Assembly (NCBI GenBank): GCA_963693365.1
Contig: CAVNZM010000003.1
Span: 5,390,472 to 5,454,471, forward strand
Source of the DNA: Amoebidium appalachense
Taxonomy: Eukaryota > Protista > Ichthyosporea
Length of the DNA stretch: 64,000 nucleotides
Direction of reading: 5' to 3'
Shown here one piece after another: positions 51,560-64,000 of this stretch. Under the pieces are notes generated by a model. It had not been told where the DNA came from. It was given only the letters and a program-made list of their open reading frames with translations, and made no database searches. Each line of letters starts with the position of its first letter. Position 1 is the first letter of the stretch. The translations under genes and the position numbers were made by a program.

Positions 51560-54500
51560 TGTTATAATACGTAGTATTTACATATTGTAAGATCTTCTCA
51601 GTTCGTGTTATGTTTTCATTCATTTACTTAATGAAAAAGATGTGCTCCTTGTACGTAAATTATGACATCGATCTCCAGTGTATTTGAGTACTTGTAATCG
51701 TGTTGTGTCGGCTATATTCGTGTGTTTAGATATCGATTACAGCAACTGATTATAGGTACACGAGTCTACCCAGTGAGGGAGAAACGTGTACATGTTATGT
51801 GTACATGAATATCTTCGGTTATAACTGTGTTTTGCTGTTCGTGTTTTCTGTCCTGCTTTCTTTTCTTTTTCCTCTTTCTTCTTCTTTCTTTTCTCTTTCT
51901 TTCTTCTCTTGTTTCCTTTCACATAATTATATTTCTCTCTCACTAATATACGTTGAGTAGATTTATATTACTCGTTATGTTTTGATTGGTAGAAAAACAC
52001 TTAGGTTACACTTTAGCTTGTCAGGTATGATTCATAGCTTAGTCAACCACTTTTGTTTTGTGTGTTGCCGTACTATATCCAATCAGTGGACTTAGTCAGA
52101 AAATGTCTGAGTCTTTGTAGCCGTTGATAGGTTAGAAACATCACCTCTTTCCTCGTTACTCTTCACCTCTTTTCTTTCTTATAGCTGTGACCTATGGTGT
52201 GCGTTCCTGTGTCTCCGGATCTATCCGGGAAATAATCAGTTAATTGTGATTGGTTATTTTAGACATAGATCTGATTTCCGACTGGTCGGAAATCATGTAT
52301 GGATTTAACTTAAGGGAATTTCAGGTATTTATTAGCGATCAAAATAAATTGAGTTCAGTCGTGTCTAAACATTGATGTCTGTTGTGTACACTTCTCCGAT
52401 CCTTCCGTGTTTTGTTGTTGTGTGTCTGTGGTGTTTTCACACTGCACCACTGTGTCTCTGCTTACATCCCAAATACTTATACAATTTAACAGGTTATGCA
52501 GCCCTTTTGCACGCTCCCTACACACATCTAGAACTCGCGCTCGTTTTTCAATCATGGATCCAAACAAAACTGGCGTAAACAAAATCACCATGTGGAAAGG
52601 TGAAGGGAAGACTGGTCCCGATAGCAAAACCACCTATTTTCAATGGGAAATCATTTTTCTCGGCATGATGACCGGCACTAAAGGTGTCCGACTCGTGGAT
52701 GTTGTACTTGCTGACAACTACGTCCCCCCTACCACCGTCGCGGTTGACGGTGAACCCCCCTTCTATGGCTACGGCACTACCGCGGAACTCAAGGAGGCCC
52801 GCAATTGCCTCCTGCTCCATATGATACAGAACATCGACCCTTCCGTCCTCACCACCGTTGCCCAGTACAGTATTGGCATGGACCCTGAACGGGCCATGTG
52901 GAAATTCCGTCAACACTATCTCCAAGGCAAACCCGATCAGATCCGCATCCTTCACCGTCAGTGGGATGCCTGTGCCCTTCAGCCCGGTGAATCATTCACC
53001 ACCTACCTGAGCCGTCTGCAGACCATCGTGAACCAGCTCCAGTCCCTCCAAGATGAGTCCATTCACTTCACTCGTCTAGCTGAGAAGTTCTTCAATGAAC
53101 TCACCACCAGAGACGACCTCACCCCTGAGTTCAACCGCCTTATCGAAGACTATCACTTCGGTGATAAGCTATTCCCCGACTTCGAGTCCCTCCACAACCA
53201 CGTCAAGGGCATCGAGTTACGTCAAGACCTCAAGATGCAACTCCGGAGCAACCGTGCCCACCGTGCCCCCAAGTCCAGCATGGCATTAAATGCCAGTGCT
53301 CCCCCCCGTGATCTTCCTCGCCGTGACTTACGCAACCGACTTGACCGTACCCCCGGTACGGACCTCCGAACTCGTCTCTCCCGTCAGCCCACCCGCTCCC
53401 GTTCCCCCCACCGGCCTGCCTTCCGGTCCACGTCTCGTTCCCCCAGCCGTTCCCGTTTCTCGGGTTCCCGTCGTTCTGATTCCCCGGCTCGTTCTAACAC
53501 CCCGTCCGTGAAAGCATGCTCCTACTGCCACGAGCCTGATCACACGATCATCGATTGCCCTGAGCCGAAATGCCGTATGTCCAGACACAACCGTTCCCGT
53601 CAAGGCAGTGAGAAATCTGTCTCCTTTGCTTTCTCGGCATACAATGCTAGCTCCGTCCCCGTGTCCTCCGACCCTGCCTGGGATTCCGGGTGCAACATGA
53701 CTGTCTGCCCCACCCGTGAGTTCTTCCATGATCTCACTCCCCTTCCGACACCGACTCCCGTTGCTGCCTTCAATGGCACCCCCGTCTTGGCCACTCACAC
53801 CGGCCATATCGTCATCAACACCACCACCGACCATGGCACTGCCACCCTTACCATTGAAGCCTACTACACTCCGTCTGGCCAAGCCTTCCTCATTTCAACA
53901 TCCCAAGCTGCTGCCGAATACATCAAGGGTGATTTGAACGATGCCTCCACTCCGTCATTCCTCTTCGACCGACTTACCGGCCGTCATCTCGTCAACCTCC
54001 GTCTACACAACGGTCTGTATTACTTCAAGGACTACACCATTCAACCACCCACTCGTCCTGTGGCTCTGGCTGCCACTACCAGTGTTAACCCATCCATCTG
54101 GCACCATCGTCTGGGGCACCGTGCTATGACCAGCATCAAGGACATGGTGAAACACGACCTTGTTATTGGTCTCCCCTCCTCTGTCCTCGACTGTGATGTT
54201 CCTGATTGTCATGGCTGCATTATGGGTAAAACCACCAAGGCTCCGTTCAAGGGTGACCGTCCTCACTCCAACATCCCCGGTCATGAATGGCATTGGGATT
54301 TTTTTGAGCCTACCACAACATCGTACGGAGGTTCCAAGGTTGCTCTCGTTACTGTCTGCCGTGCCTCTGGCCTCGTCAAGATCTACCCGATGGCCGACCG
54401 TACCACCACCCTGGACATTCTCACAGCTCACACCAACCTCGTTGCCACCCATGCCCCCTCCAAAGTTGGTATTTACCACTTCGACTCCGGCTCTGAGTTC

Positions 54501-57500
54501 ACCTCCAAGGCTACCCGTGCTTTTTGCCTCTCCCAGGGCATCAAGGCCAGCTATGCTCCGGTGGACTGCCCTCAACTGAACGGCTATGTTGAACGTCGTA
54601 TGCGGTTCCTCCAAGAGATTGTCCGTTGCCTCCTCCATCAAGTCCAAGATCAGTCTCTGTCCCCCAAACTGTGGGCTGAGGCCCTCCAACATGCCGCCTA
54701 CATCATCAACGTCACCCCGTCCACGACTGCCAATGGTCATACACCATTCGAGGTTTTCTACGGTGTCAAGCCCGACATCTCCGAGCTCAAAGTGTTCGGT
54801 TGCCCTGCCTACACTCACGTGCCAGCTTCTAAACGGAACAAGCTGGCCCCCACCGTCAACCTCGGCATGTATATCGGCTATGATCTTCAATCACACTGCC
54901 ACCGGATCTTCAATCCCACCACCCATCGTGTCGGCCTCTTCCGTGATGTGATTTTCGACGAATCAGCTTATCTCCCGTCCGACATTCCATCAACATTTCC
55001 GACCCCCGACACCACTGCTACCTCGACCACCCCACCCCCCACAGTTGACACTGAAGATGATGTTTGTCTGGTGTACTCTGGCCCCCCTCCTGCCATTGTA
55101 GTTCCCCCGACACCCCCCCCCACCGGCCCCCCTGCCCCCGTGCCCGTCCAGCCTGCCGACCCTCATCCTGCCCCTGGCAACGTCACACCCATCCGACCCG
55201 GCTCCCCCGACAACTTCCACTCGGCCCCGTCCAGCCCGGAGGTTGCCCCCCCTGCACTTCCGAACTTCCAAGTTCCCCCCCCCACCGTCTCCACCTACCC
55301 CGGTTCCTGCACCCCGTCGTTCTGCCCGTCTACAGGGCAAGGTTGGACTTCAAGCCACCACCACCCTCCCAGTCCCCCCCGGCCCCCCCATCAACATCGA
55401 CCAACTACCCAAACTTGTCCGTCAACTGTGTTCCGGACCCAATGGTGACCAGGTCAAGTCAGCCCTGACTGCTGAATATCAAGCCTTCGTCGACAAAGAC
55501 ATCTTTGAACTTGTTGACCCTCCCCCTGGTGCTAACATCGTCGGCTTCAAGTGGATTGTCTCCGAGAAAACTCTCAACTCGGCTGGTGACACCAAGATCA
55601 AGGCACGTGGTGTTGCTCAAGGTTTCAGTCAGCAATACGGTGTTGACTATGAGTTGATTGAGAGCCCTGTCATCCGTCCGGCTGCTCTCCGTGCCATCCT
55701 AGCTCTGGCCGTTGTTGAAGGCCATGACATCCATCAACTCGACGTGTCTACGGCCTTTCTCAACAGCCCACTCACCGAGACCATCTACATGAAACAACCC
55801 CCGGGATTCATCACCATGGCCACACTTGGCAAGGTCTGGAGACTCAAGAAAGCCCTGTACGGCCTCAAGCAAGCCTCCAAGGCTTGGTACGACTTCCTCG
55901 ACGGCATTCTTCTTGCCCATGGCCTGACCCGTACTAAGACCGACCCGTGCATCTACCTCCGGTTCTTCCCCAACAACGATGTGGTTCGGGCTGGTAACTA
56001 CGTCGACGACTCCACCATCACCAACACCCGGGGTTCTACTGCTGCCAGTGACCTGGCTGCCCACATCAGCAAGATGGCCAGCTGTCGTATGAGTCCATTT
56101 GACCGTATGCTCGGTGTTGATTTTAATCACTCTGATCCCCATCACCTCCACATGCACCAGAGGTCTTACATCATGGATATCATCCACGACTTCAACCTCA
56201 CCGATGCCAAGTCCAAGTCTACCCTCATCCCTGCAGGCACCACCGTCTCCCTGGCTGATTGCCCCCCCCAACCGTTCACCGTACCCTACCGTGAGTTACT
56301 CGGCCGTCTCCTCTGGGTGGCACGGTGCACACGTCCCGACATTGCCTATGCCATCGGCTTCCTTGGTCGGTTCAGCACCAACCCCGGCAAGACTCACTGG
56401 GACCTTCTCCGTCGTGTGGCCCGGTACCTGCTCGGCACCATTGACCTTGGCATTGACTACAAGTACTCGGCCACCCAGTCCCCCATACTCGAATGCTACA
56501 CGGATGCTGACTTTGCTGGTTGTGCCGACAGCAAGAAGTCTACCACCGGCTACATTATCGTGTTTGCTGGTATGCCCATCATCTGGTACTCCAAGCTCCA
56601 GCCCATCACGGCCACCAGCACCACTGAAGCTGAGCTGATTGCTCTCAATGCTGGCACCCAAGAAGTTGCTTGGGTCCGTGACCTCTTCAAGGAACTCGGC
56701 TGTCCCATGCTTGCTCCGACTCCGGTGTACTGTGACAACCAGTCGACCATTGCCATCGTCAACTCCACCGGCATCAAGCACCGTACCAAACACATTGCCG
56801 TCCGGTATCACAACACCAAGGACTACATTGCCAGTGGGGACGTGGTTGTCCACTACGTTGAGTCAGCCCACAACTTAGCTGACATCCTCACCAAACCCCT
56901 CCCCGGCCCGAGTCATGTCCACCATCGTGCTCGACTTTGTTTACCGGATATTGTGGATTGACCCGACCTACTTCAAGAGTGATTTTCTAATGTTTACTAC
57001 TTACTTTATCATAATCATTATTTCATATGTATTGCCTTTGTGGGTATGCCCACTTAGGGTTTATATATAAGGTTTGACCTGTACCATCACTCTACTCTAT
57101 CTTTCACTGGTTTAAAACCCAGTTAAACAAACCCCGACTATACACGTTATATATATTTGTTGTTTTTTTTTGCCCCGGTTCCTTCCCCCCCCCTCCCCCC
57201 CCCCCTTCCCCCCCCTTCCCCCCCCCCCCTCCCCCCCCTTCCCCCCCCCCTTCTCCCCCCCCCCCCCCCCCCCAGGAAAAGTCCAAACTTTAATTTTTTT
57301 CTTTTTTTTTTCCGTTTCTGTTCTCAAGTGGGGAGATTTCACTAGTTCAGTGGGGATATGATAACACAAACTTCAAAGTCTTAAGTGGGGATGTTATAAT
57401 ACGTAGTATTTACATATTGTAAGATCTTCTCAGTTCGTGTTATGTTTTCATTCATTTACTTAATGAAAAAGATGCGCTCCTTGTACGTAAATTATGACAT

Positions 57501-58323
57501 CGATCTCCAGTGTATTTGAGTACTTGTAATCGTGTTGTGTCGGCTATATTCGTGTGTTTAGATATCGATTACAGCAACTGATTATAGGTACACGAGTCTA
57601 CCCAGTGAGGGAGAAACGTGTACATGTTATGTGTACATGAATATCTTCGGTTATAACTGTGTTTTGCTGTTCGTGTTTTCTGTCCTGCTTTCTTTTCTTT
57701 TTCCTCTTTCTTCTTCTTTCTTTTCTCTTTCTTTCTTCTCTTGTTTCCTTTCACATAATTATATTTCTCTCTCACTAATATACGTTGAGTAGATTTATAT
57801 TACTCGTTATGTTTTGATTGGTAGAAAAACACTTAGGTTACACTTTAGCTTGTCAGGTATGATTCATAGCTTAGTCAACCACTTTTGTTTTGTGTGTTGC
57901 CGTACTATATCCAATCAGTGGACTTAGTCAGAAAATGTCTGAGTCTTTGTAGCCGTTGATAGGTTAGAAACATCACCTCTTTCCTCGTTACTCTTCACCT
58001 CTTTTCTTTCTTATAGCTGTGACCTATGGTGTGCGTTCCTGTGTCTCCGGATCTATCCGGGAAATAATCAGTTAATTGTGATTGGTTATTTTAGACATAG
58101 ATCTGATTTCCGACTGGTCGGAAATCATGTATGGATTTAACTTAAGGGAATTTCAGGTATTTATTAGCGATCAAAATAAATTGAGTTCAGTCGTGTCTAA
58201 ACATTGATGTCTGTTGTGTACACTTCTCCGATCCTTCCGTGTTTTGTTGTTGTGTGTCTGTGGTGTTTTCACACTGCACCACTGTGTCTCTGCTTACATC
58301 CCAAATACTTATACAATTTAACA
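51560..58323 (+). mobile_element. Copia C: complete, young Ty1/Copia element
   Basis: 932-bp LTRs (51560-52491, 57392-58323) with one mismatch seen, TG...CA ends, 5-bp TSD gtatc (51555-51559, 58324-58328), PBS-like ggttatgcagccc, PPT aagtgggga. Confidence 0.96.
52554..56961 (+). CDS. Copia C gag-pol polyprotein, one frame break at a C run near 55280
   Basis: CSYCHEPDHTIIDC, WDSGCN, WHHRLGH...CHGC, FDSGSEF, NGYVER, YVDD, YTDADFA. Confidence 0.93.
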
Positions 58324-59313
58324 GTATCTTCGGCTGTGTGATTATTGCTAAAGTCACTTTCCTTGTACGAAAAATGTCTCATCGATCTCTCATGTTTCTA
58401 TACACATGTAATCGAGTTAGATCGGTTCTAAATCGTGTGTTTCATCACTGATTAGTGTGTTGATATGTGTGTGCACGTTTCCACCCACTCAGGGAGAGAC
58501 GTGTACATGTTCATGTGTACGTGAATATCTGCTGTTGTAGCTGTGCTTTAGTATTCGTGTTTACTGTTCTGTATTCGTCTCTCTTTCCTCCTTCTCCTTC
58601 TTTCTTTTCTTTTCCTTTTCTCCCTCGTTTTCATTTACATGATCATGTTTCTTTTCTACTAATATACGTTGAGTAGTTTTGTGTTACTCGTTGTGTTTTG
58701 ATAGGCTGCAAAACACATAGGCTACACTTTAGTTTGTCATGTGTGAATCATAGCTTACTAAAACACTTTAGGTTTGTGTATTGCCGTGCTGTGTCCAATC
58801 AGTAGACTTAGTCAGGAAGTGTCTAAGTCTTTGCAGCTATTGATAGGCTAGAAACATAAATCACAGCTCCCTCTTTCCTCGTTACTGCTACACCTTGATC
58901 CTTGCTGGTAGCTGTGACCTATAGCGTGCGTTTCCGTATCCCAGATCTATCCTAGTAATAATCAGTTCATTGTGATTGGTTATTTTAGACATGGATCTGA
59001 TTTCCGACTGGTCGGAAATCATATGTTGATTTGACTTAACATTTACAAATATATATACGAAATCAATGTATTGATTTCGTTATACATTGATTTCGTTAGT
59101 TGTGTCTAAACATTGATGTCTGTTCTGTACACTTCCGATCGTTTCTGTGTGTGGTTGTGTGTGTGCCTGCGGTGTTTTTACACTGCACCACTGTGTCTCT
59201 GCTTCCCCGACATAGTCAGAATACTTATATAATTTTTCAGGTTATGCTGCCCTTTTGCACGCTCTCTATACACACATAAACACCGCGATCGCCCACCAGC
59301 GCGCTAGTCAACC

Positions 59314-62300
59314 ATGGATCCCAACAAGTCTGGCGTAAACAAAATCACCATGTGGAAGGGTGAAGGCAAGACCGGCCCTGACCACAAGACCACCTACTTT
59401 CAGTGGGAAATCATTTTCCTCGGCATGATGACCGGCACCAAAGGTGCCCTACTCGTGGACGTTGTTCTCGCTGACAACTACGTTCCACCCACCACCATCG
59501 CCATTGATGCTGTGCTCCCCTTCTACGGCTACGCTACTGCGGCAGAACTCAAGGATGCCCGCAACTGCTTACTTCTTCACATGATACAGAACATCGACCC
59601 GTCTGTGCTCACCACCGTCGCCCAGTACCGTATCGGCATGGACCCTGAGCGGGCCATGTGGAAGTTCCGACAGCACTACCTCCAAGGCAAACCAGACCAG
59701 GTCCGTCTCCTCCGCCGCGAGTGGGATGCCTGCTCCCTTTGAAGTCCAGTGAGACGTTCACTGACTACCTCCAGCGTCTCCAAACCATCGTCACCCAGCT
59801 TCAGTCCCTGCAAGATGACTCAGTCACATTCACCCATCTGGCAGAGAAGTTCTTCAATGAACTTACCACCCGTGACGATCTCACCAGTGAATTCAGCCGT
59901 CTACTCGAAGACTACCACTTCGGAGATAAACCCTTTTCCGACTTTGAGACCCTGCACAACCACGTGAAAGGCATCGAACTACGCCAACAACTCAAGACTA
60001 AACTTCGTACCAGCCGTGACCACCGTAGTTCCACCACCAGCATGGCCTTGACTGCCAGTGCTCCCCCCCGTGATCTTCCTCGCCGTGACTTACGTCACCG
60101 ACTCAACAACCCACCAGGTGCTGACCTCCGCACTCAGCTCTCCCGTCAGCGCACCCGTTCCCGTTCACCCCACCGGCCTGCCTTCCGGTCCACGTCCCGT
60201 TCCCCGAGCCGTTCACGTTTCCCCCGGACCCCGTCGTTCAGATTCCCCGGCTCGTTCCACCACCCAGGACAACTCCTGCTTATACTGCCGTGAACCTGGC
60301 CACAAGATTGTCGACTGCCCCGAACCTGGCTGCCGTGTTGCCAGAATCGTACGCAACAAAAACAAATCAGTGTCCTTTGCATTCTCAGCCTACAATGTCA
60401 GCTCAGTCCCAGTGTCGTCCGACCCGGCCTGGGATTCCGGTTGCAATATGACTGTTTGTCCCCACCGTGAGTTCTTCCAGGAACTCACCCCCCTCCCGGC
60501 CCCTACCCCAGTTGCTGCCTTCAACGGTAACCCCGTCTTGGCTACCCACCAGGGCCATATCATCCTCAACACCACCACCATCCACGGCACCAATACCCTC
60601 ACCATTGATGCCTACTACACACCGTCAGGTCAGGCCTTCCTCATCTCAACGTCTCAGGCTGCTGCTGAATACATCAAGGGTGACCTCAACGATGCCTCTA
60701 CCCCCGTCGTTCTTATTTGACCGACACACCGGCCGTCACCTCGTCAACCTCCGTCTGTACAACGGCCTGTACTACTTCACAGACTACACCATTAAACCTT
60801 CAACTTGCCCCGTGGCCCTGGCTGCCACCACCAGTATTCATCCCTCCGTCTGGCATCATCGTCTAGGTCACCGTGCCATGACCGGCATCAAGGAAATGAT
60901 CACCAAGGACCTCGTCATTGGCCTCCCCAGCTCCGTACTCGACTGTGATGTCCCTGATTGCCACGGCTGCATGATGGGCAAAACCACCAAGGCTCCATTC
61001 AAGGGTGACCGTCCTCACTCTGATGTTCCCGGATATGAGTGGCACTGGGACTTCTTTGAGCCCTCCACCGCGTCGTACGGAGGTTCCAAGGTTGCTCTCG
61101 TCACCGTGTGCCGTGCCTCTGGTCTCGTCAAGATCTACCCCATGGCCGACCGTTCATCTACACTGGATGTCATCAAGTCCCACACCAACCTTGTGTCCAC
61201 TAATGCCTCCTCCCCCGTGGGTGTCTACCACTTTGACTCCGGTTCCGAGTTCACCTCTCAGGCTACCAGGGCCTTCTGCACTTCCCAGGGCATCAAGACC
61301 AGCTATGCTCCAGTGGACTGTCCCCAGCTCAACGGCTACGTCGAACGTCGTATGCGCTCTCTTCAAGAGATAGTCCGTTGTCTGCTGCATCAAGTCCCCG
61401 ACCAGTCTCTGTCCCCCAAACTGTGGGCTGAGGCTCTGCAACATGCTGCCTACATCGTCAATGTCACCCCGTCCTCGGCTGCCAATGGTCGTACTCCATT
61501 CGAAGTTTTCTACGGTGTCAAGCCCGACATCTCAGAGCTCAAAGTGTTCGGCTGCCCGGCTTACACTCATGTCCCGGCTGCCAAACGTAACAAGCTGGAA
61601 CCCACCGTCAAGCTCGGTATGTACATCGGCTATGATCTACAATCACACTGCCACCGGATCTTCAACTTCACCACTCACCGTGTGGGTCTTTTCCGTGACG
61701 TGATTTTTGACGAATCAGCTTACGTCCCCTCCCTGGTACCCCCCGGCTCGTCTGCCCCCGTCAACTCCGAAGTTCCCCCATCCTCCATCGAATCCGATGA
61801 TGACGTTTCCCTGGTTGAGCCTGACCCCGTTCCTGTTGCCGTTGCCCCCCCGACACCCCCCCCCCCACCGGCCCCCCGGCCCCCGTCCTGTTTGTGCCCG
61901 ATGCCAACAACCATGCTCCCGGCAACGTCACACCCATCCGTCCGGCCTCCCCCGACAATTTCCACTCAGCCCCAGCCAGCCCCGAGGCCCCTGCCCCTGT
62001 CGTCCCTGGTTTCCACGTTCCACCCCCTCCGGCTCCGACCCCACCCATGCCACCTCTCCGTCGTTCAGCTCGACTGCAAGGAAAGCTCGGTCTTCAGGCT
62101 TCCATTCCCCTACCAGTTCCCCAACCTCCCACCATCAACATTGACCAGCTGCCCAAACCTGTCCGTCAACTGTGCTCCGGCCCTAACGGAGACAAGGTAC
62201 AGGCTGCTATGACTGCTGAATACCAAGCCTTCGTCGACAAAGGCATTTTTGACCTCGTCGATCCCCCCCCGGTGCCAACATCGTCGGTTTCAAGTGGATT

Positions 62301-63707
62301 GTCTTTGAGAAAACACTCAACTCAGCTGGTAACACCAAGATCAAGGCCCGTGGTGTTGCTCAAGGCTTCAGTCAGGAGTTCGGTGTTGACTATGAGTTGA
62401 CTGAGAGCCCCGTCATCCGTCCAGCTGCTCTCCGTGCCCTCCTGGCTCTTGTCGTCGTCCAGGGCCATGAAATTCACCAACTCGACGTGTCCACGGCCTT
62501 CCTTAACAGCCCACTCACCGAGACCATCTACATGAAACAGCCCCCCGGGTTCATCACCATGGCTACCTTCGGCAAGGTGTGGAAACTCAAGAAAGCTCTC
62601 TACGGTCTGAAGCAAGCCTCGAAGGCTTGGTATGACTTCCTTGACGGCATTCTTCTGGCCCACGGTCTACTCAAAACCAAGACTGACCCGTGCATCTACC
62701 TCCGGTTCTTCCCCAACCAAGATGTTGTCCGTGCTGGCAACTATGTGGATGACTCCACCATCACCAACACCCGTGGTTCTGATGCTGCCCGGCGTGACCT
62801 GGCTGCTCACATCGGCAAGATGGCCAGCTGCCGGATGAGCCCGTTCGATCGTATGCTCGGTGTTGATTTTCACCACTCCGGCCCTCACCACCTTCACATG
62901 CACCAGAAGTCCTACATCATGGACATCATCCACGACTTCAACCTCACCGATGCTAAGTCCAAGGCCACCCCGATCCCTGCCGGTACCAACGTATCTCTGG
63001 CTGACTGCCCACCCCAACCGTTCACCGTTCCCTACCGTGAGCTACTCGGCCGTCTTCTATGGGTTGCACGATGCACCCGTCCTGACATTGCCTATGCTAT
63101 TGGGTTCCTCGGCCGATTCAGCAGTAACCCTGGCAAGGCTCACTGGGACCTCCTCCGTCGTGTGGCAAGGTACCTCCTCGGCACCATCGATCTGGGTGTT
63201 GACTACAAGTACACGGCCACCCAGGACCCCATCCTTGTGTGCTACACCGATGCTGACTTTGCTGGGTGTATCGACAGCAAGAAGTCCACCACAGGCTTTG
63301 CCATCACCTTTGCTGATATGCCTATCGTCTGGTACTCCAAACTTCAACCCATCACGGCCACCAGCACCACGGAGGCTGAGCTGATAGCTCTCAATGCCGG
63401 CACCCAGGAGGTTGTGTGGCTACGTGACCTCTTCAAGGAGCTCGGTTATCCGATGCCTGCCCCCACCCCGGTGTACTGCGACAACCAGTCCACCATTGCT
63501 ATCGTCAACTCCACCGGCATCAAACACCGTACCAAACACATTGCCGTCCGTTACCACAACACCAAGGACTACATTGCAAGTGGGGATGTGGTGGTCAACT
63601 ACGTCGAGTCTGCCAACAACTTGGCTGACATCCTCACCAAGCCTCTACCGGGTCCCAGCCACGTCACTCACCGTGACCGGCTCTGTGTGCCCGACCTTGT
63701 GCAGTGA
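59314..63707 (+). pseudogene. Copia D gag-pol, several frameshifts
   Basis: Homologous to Copia C throughout; split over ORFs starting at 59314, 59658, 60058, 60467, 61894 and 62397. Confidence 0.9.
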
Positions 63708-64000
63708 TCATCGTGTGGTCTTCTACTACAGCTGGGGCCCTGGACAGCAGCTTCATCTACTCTGCTTCCCAGTTGGAACGTCTACTACTTCGTTAGTTGT
63801 GTCTAAACATTGATGTCTGTTCTGTACACTTCTCCGATCGTTTCTGTGTGTGGTTGTGTGTGTACCTGCGGTGTTTTTACACTGCACCACTGTGTCTCTG
63901 CTTCCCCGACATAGTCAGAATACTTATATAATTTTTCAGTTTTAGGCCAAGCAAGTCAACACCAGCGGCTACATACATTTCCGTCAACAGAGTGGCACCG

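Larger units (their letters stand above)
51531..63938 (+). mobile_element. Copia D: relative of Copia C; 5' LTR split by Copia C, PPT and most of the 3' LTR deleted
   Basis: 5' LTR about 51531-51559 plus 58329-59239, PBS-like ggttatgctgccc at 59240, 3' LTR remnant 63789-63938 matching about 59092-59239. Confidence 0.85.

Noticed and set aside
55243-55448. Programmed frameshift between Copia integrase and RT
   Set aside because: The break sits in a C run, and homologous Copia B and D break at different homopolymers. Consensus error or slippage is more likely.
47631-58323. Copia E as a pure fold-back artefact of Copia C
   Set aside because: E differs from C by clean substitutions in the LTR and RT (STPIP/STLIP, MPVIW/MPIIW), so it is probably a distinct copy. 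Only 50200-51540 is suspect.
34851-63400. Long antisense or overlapping ORFs inside Copia coding regions
   Set aside because: Shadow frames caused by codon bias, with no independent motifs.

Overview
Eukaryotic, transposon-dense DNA with spliceosomal introns and very many poly(G)/poly(C), (CA)n and poly(A/T) tracts. The TRIM primer-binding site TGGTAGCAGAG fits an animal-type initiator tRNA-Met rather than the plant type, but the organism cannot be named from this window. Left to right: the 3' part of a Ngaro/DIRS tyrosine-recombinase retrotransposon with split direct repeats; a spliced gene for a triple-AP2-domain protein, with three further partial paralogs in the window; a 5'-truncated and a full-length copy of a single-ORF APE-RT LINE; intron-containing but truncated RCC1-repeat and cyclin T/K gene fragments; a nested cluster (AP2 paralog < degenerate Copia A < 366-bp TRIM < LINE and hAT MITE, with intact Copia B inside Copia A); an unknown spliced gene; and three related Copia elements (E, and C inside D). 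The most unusual items are the LINE, whose TSD-defined 3' end is a structured ~195-nt tail ending in oligo(C) beyond an internal poly(A), the hidden TRIM, and the multi-copy AP2 family interleaved with host-gene fragments. All calls are by eye; no searches or folding programs were run.
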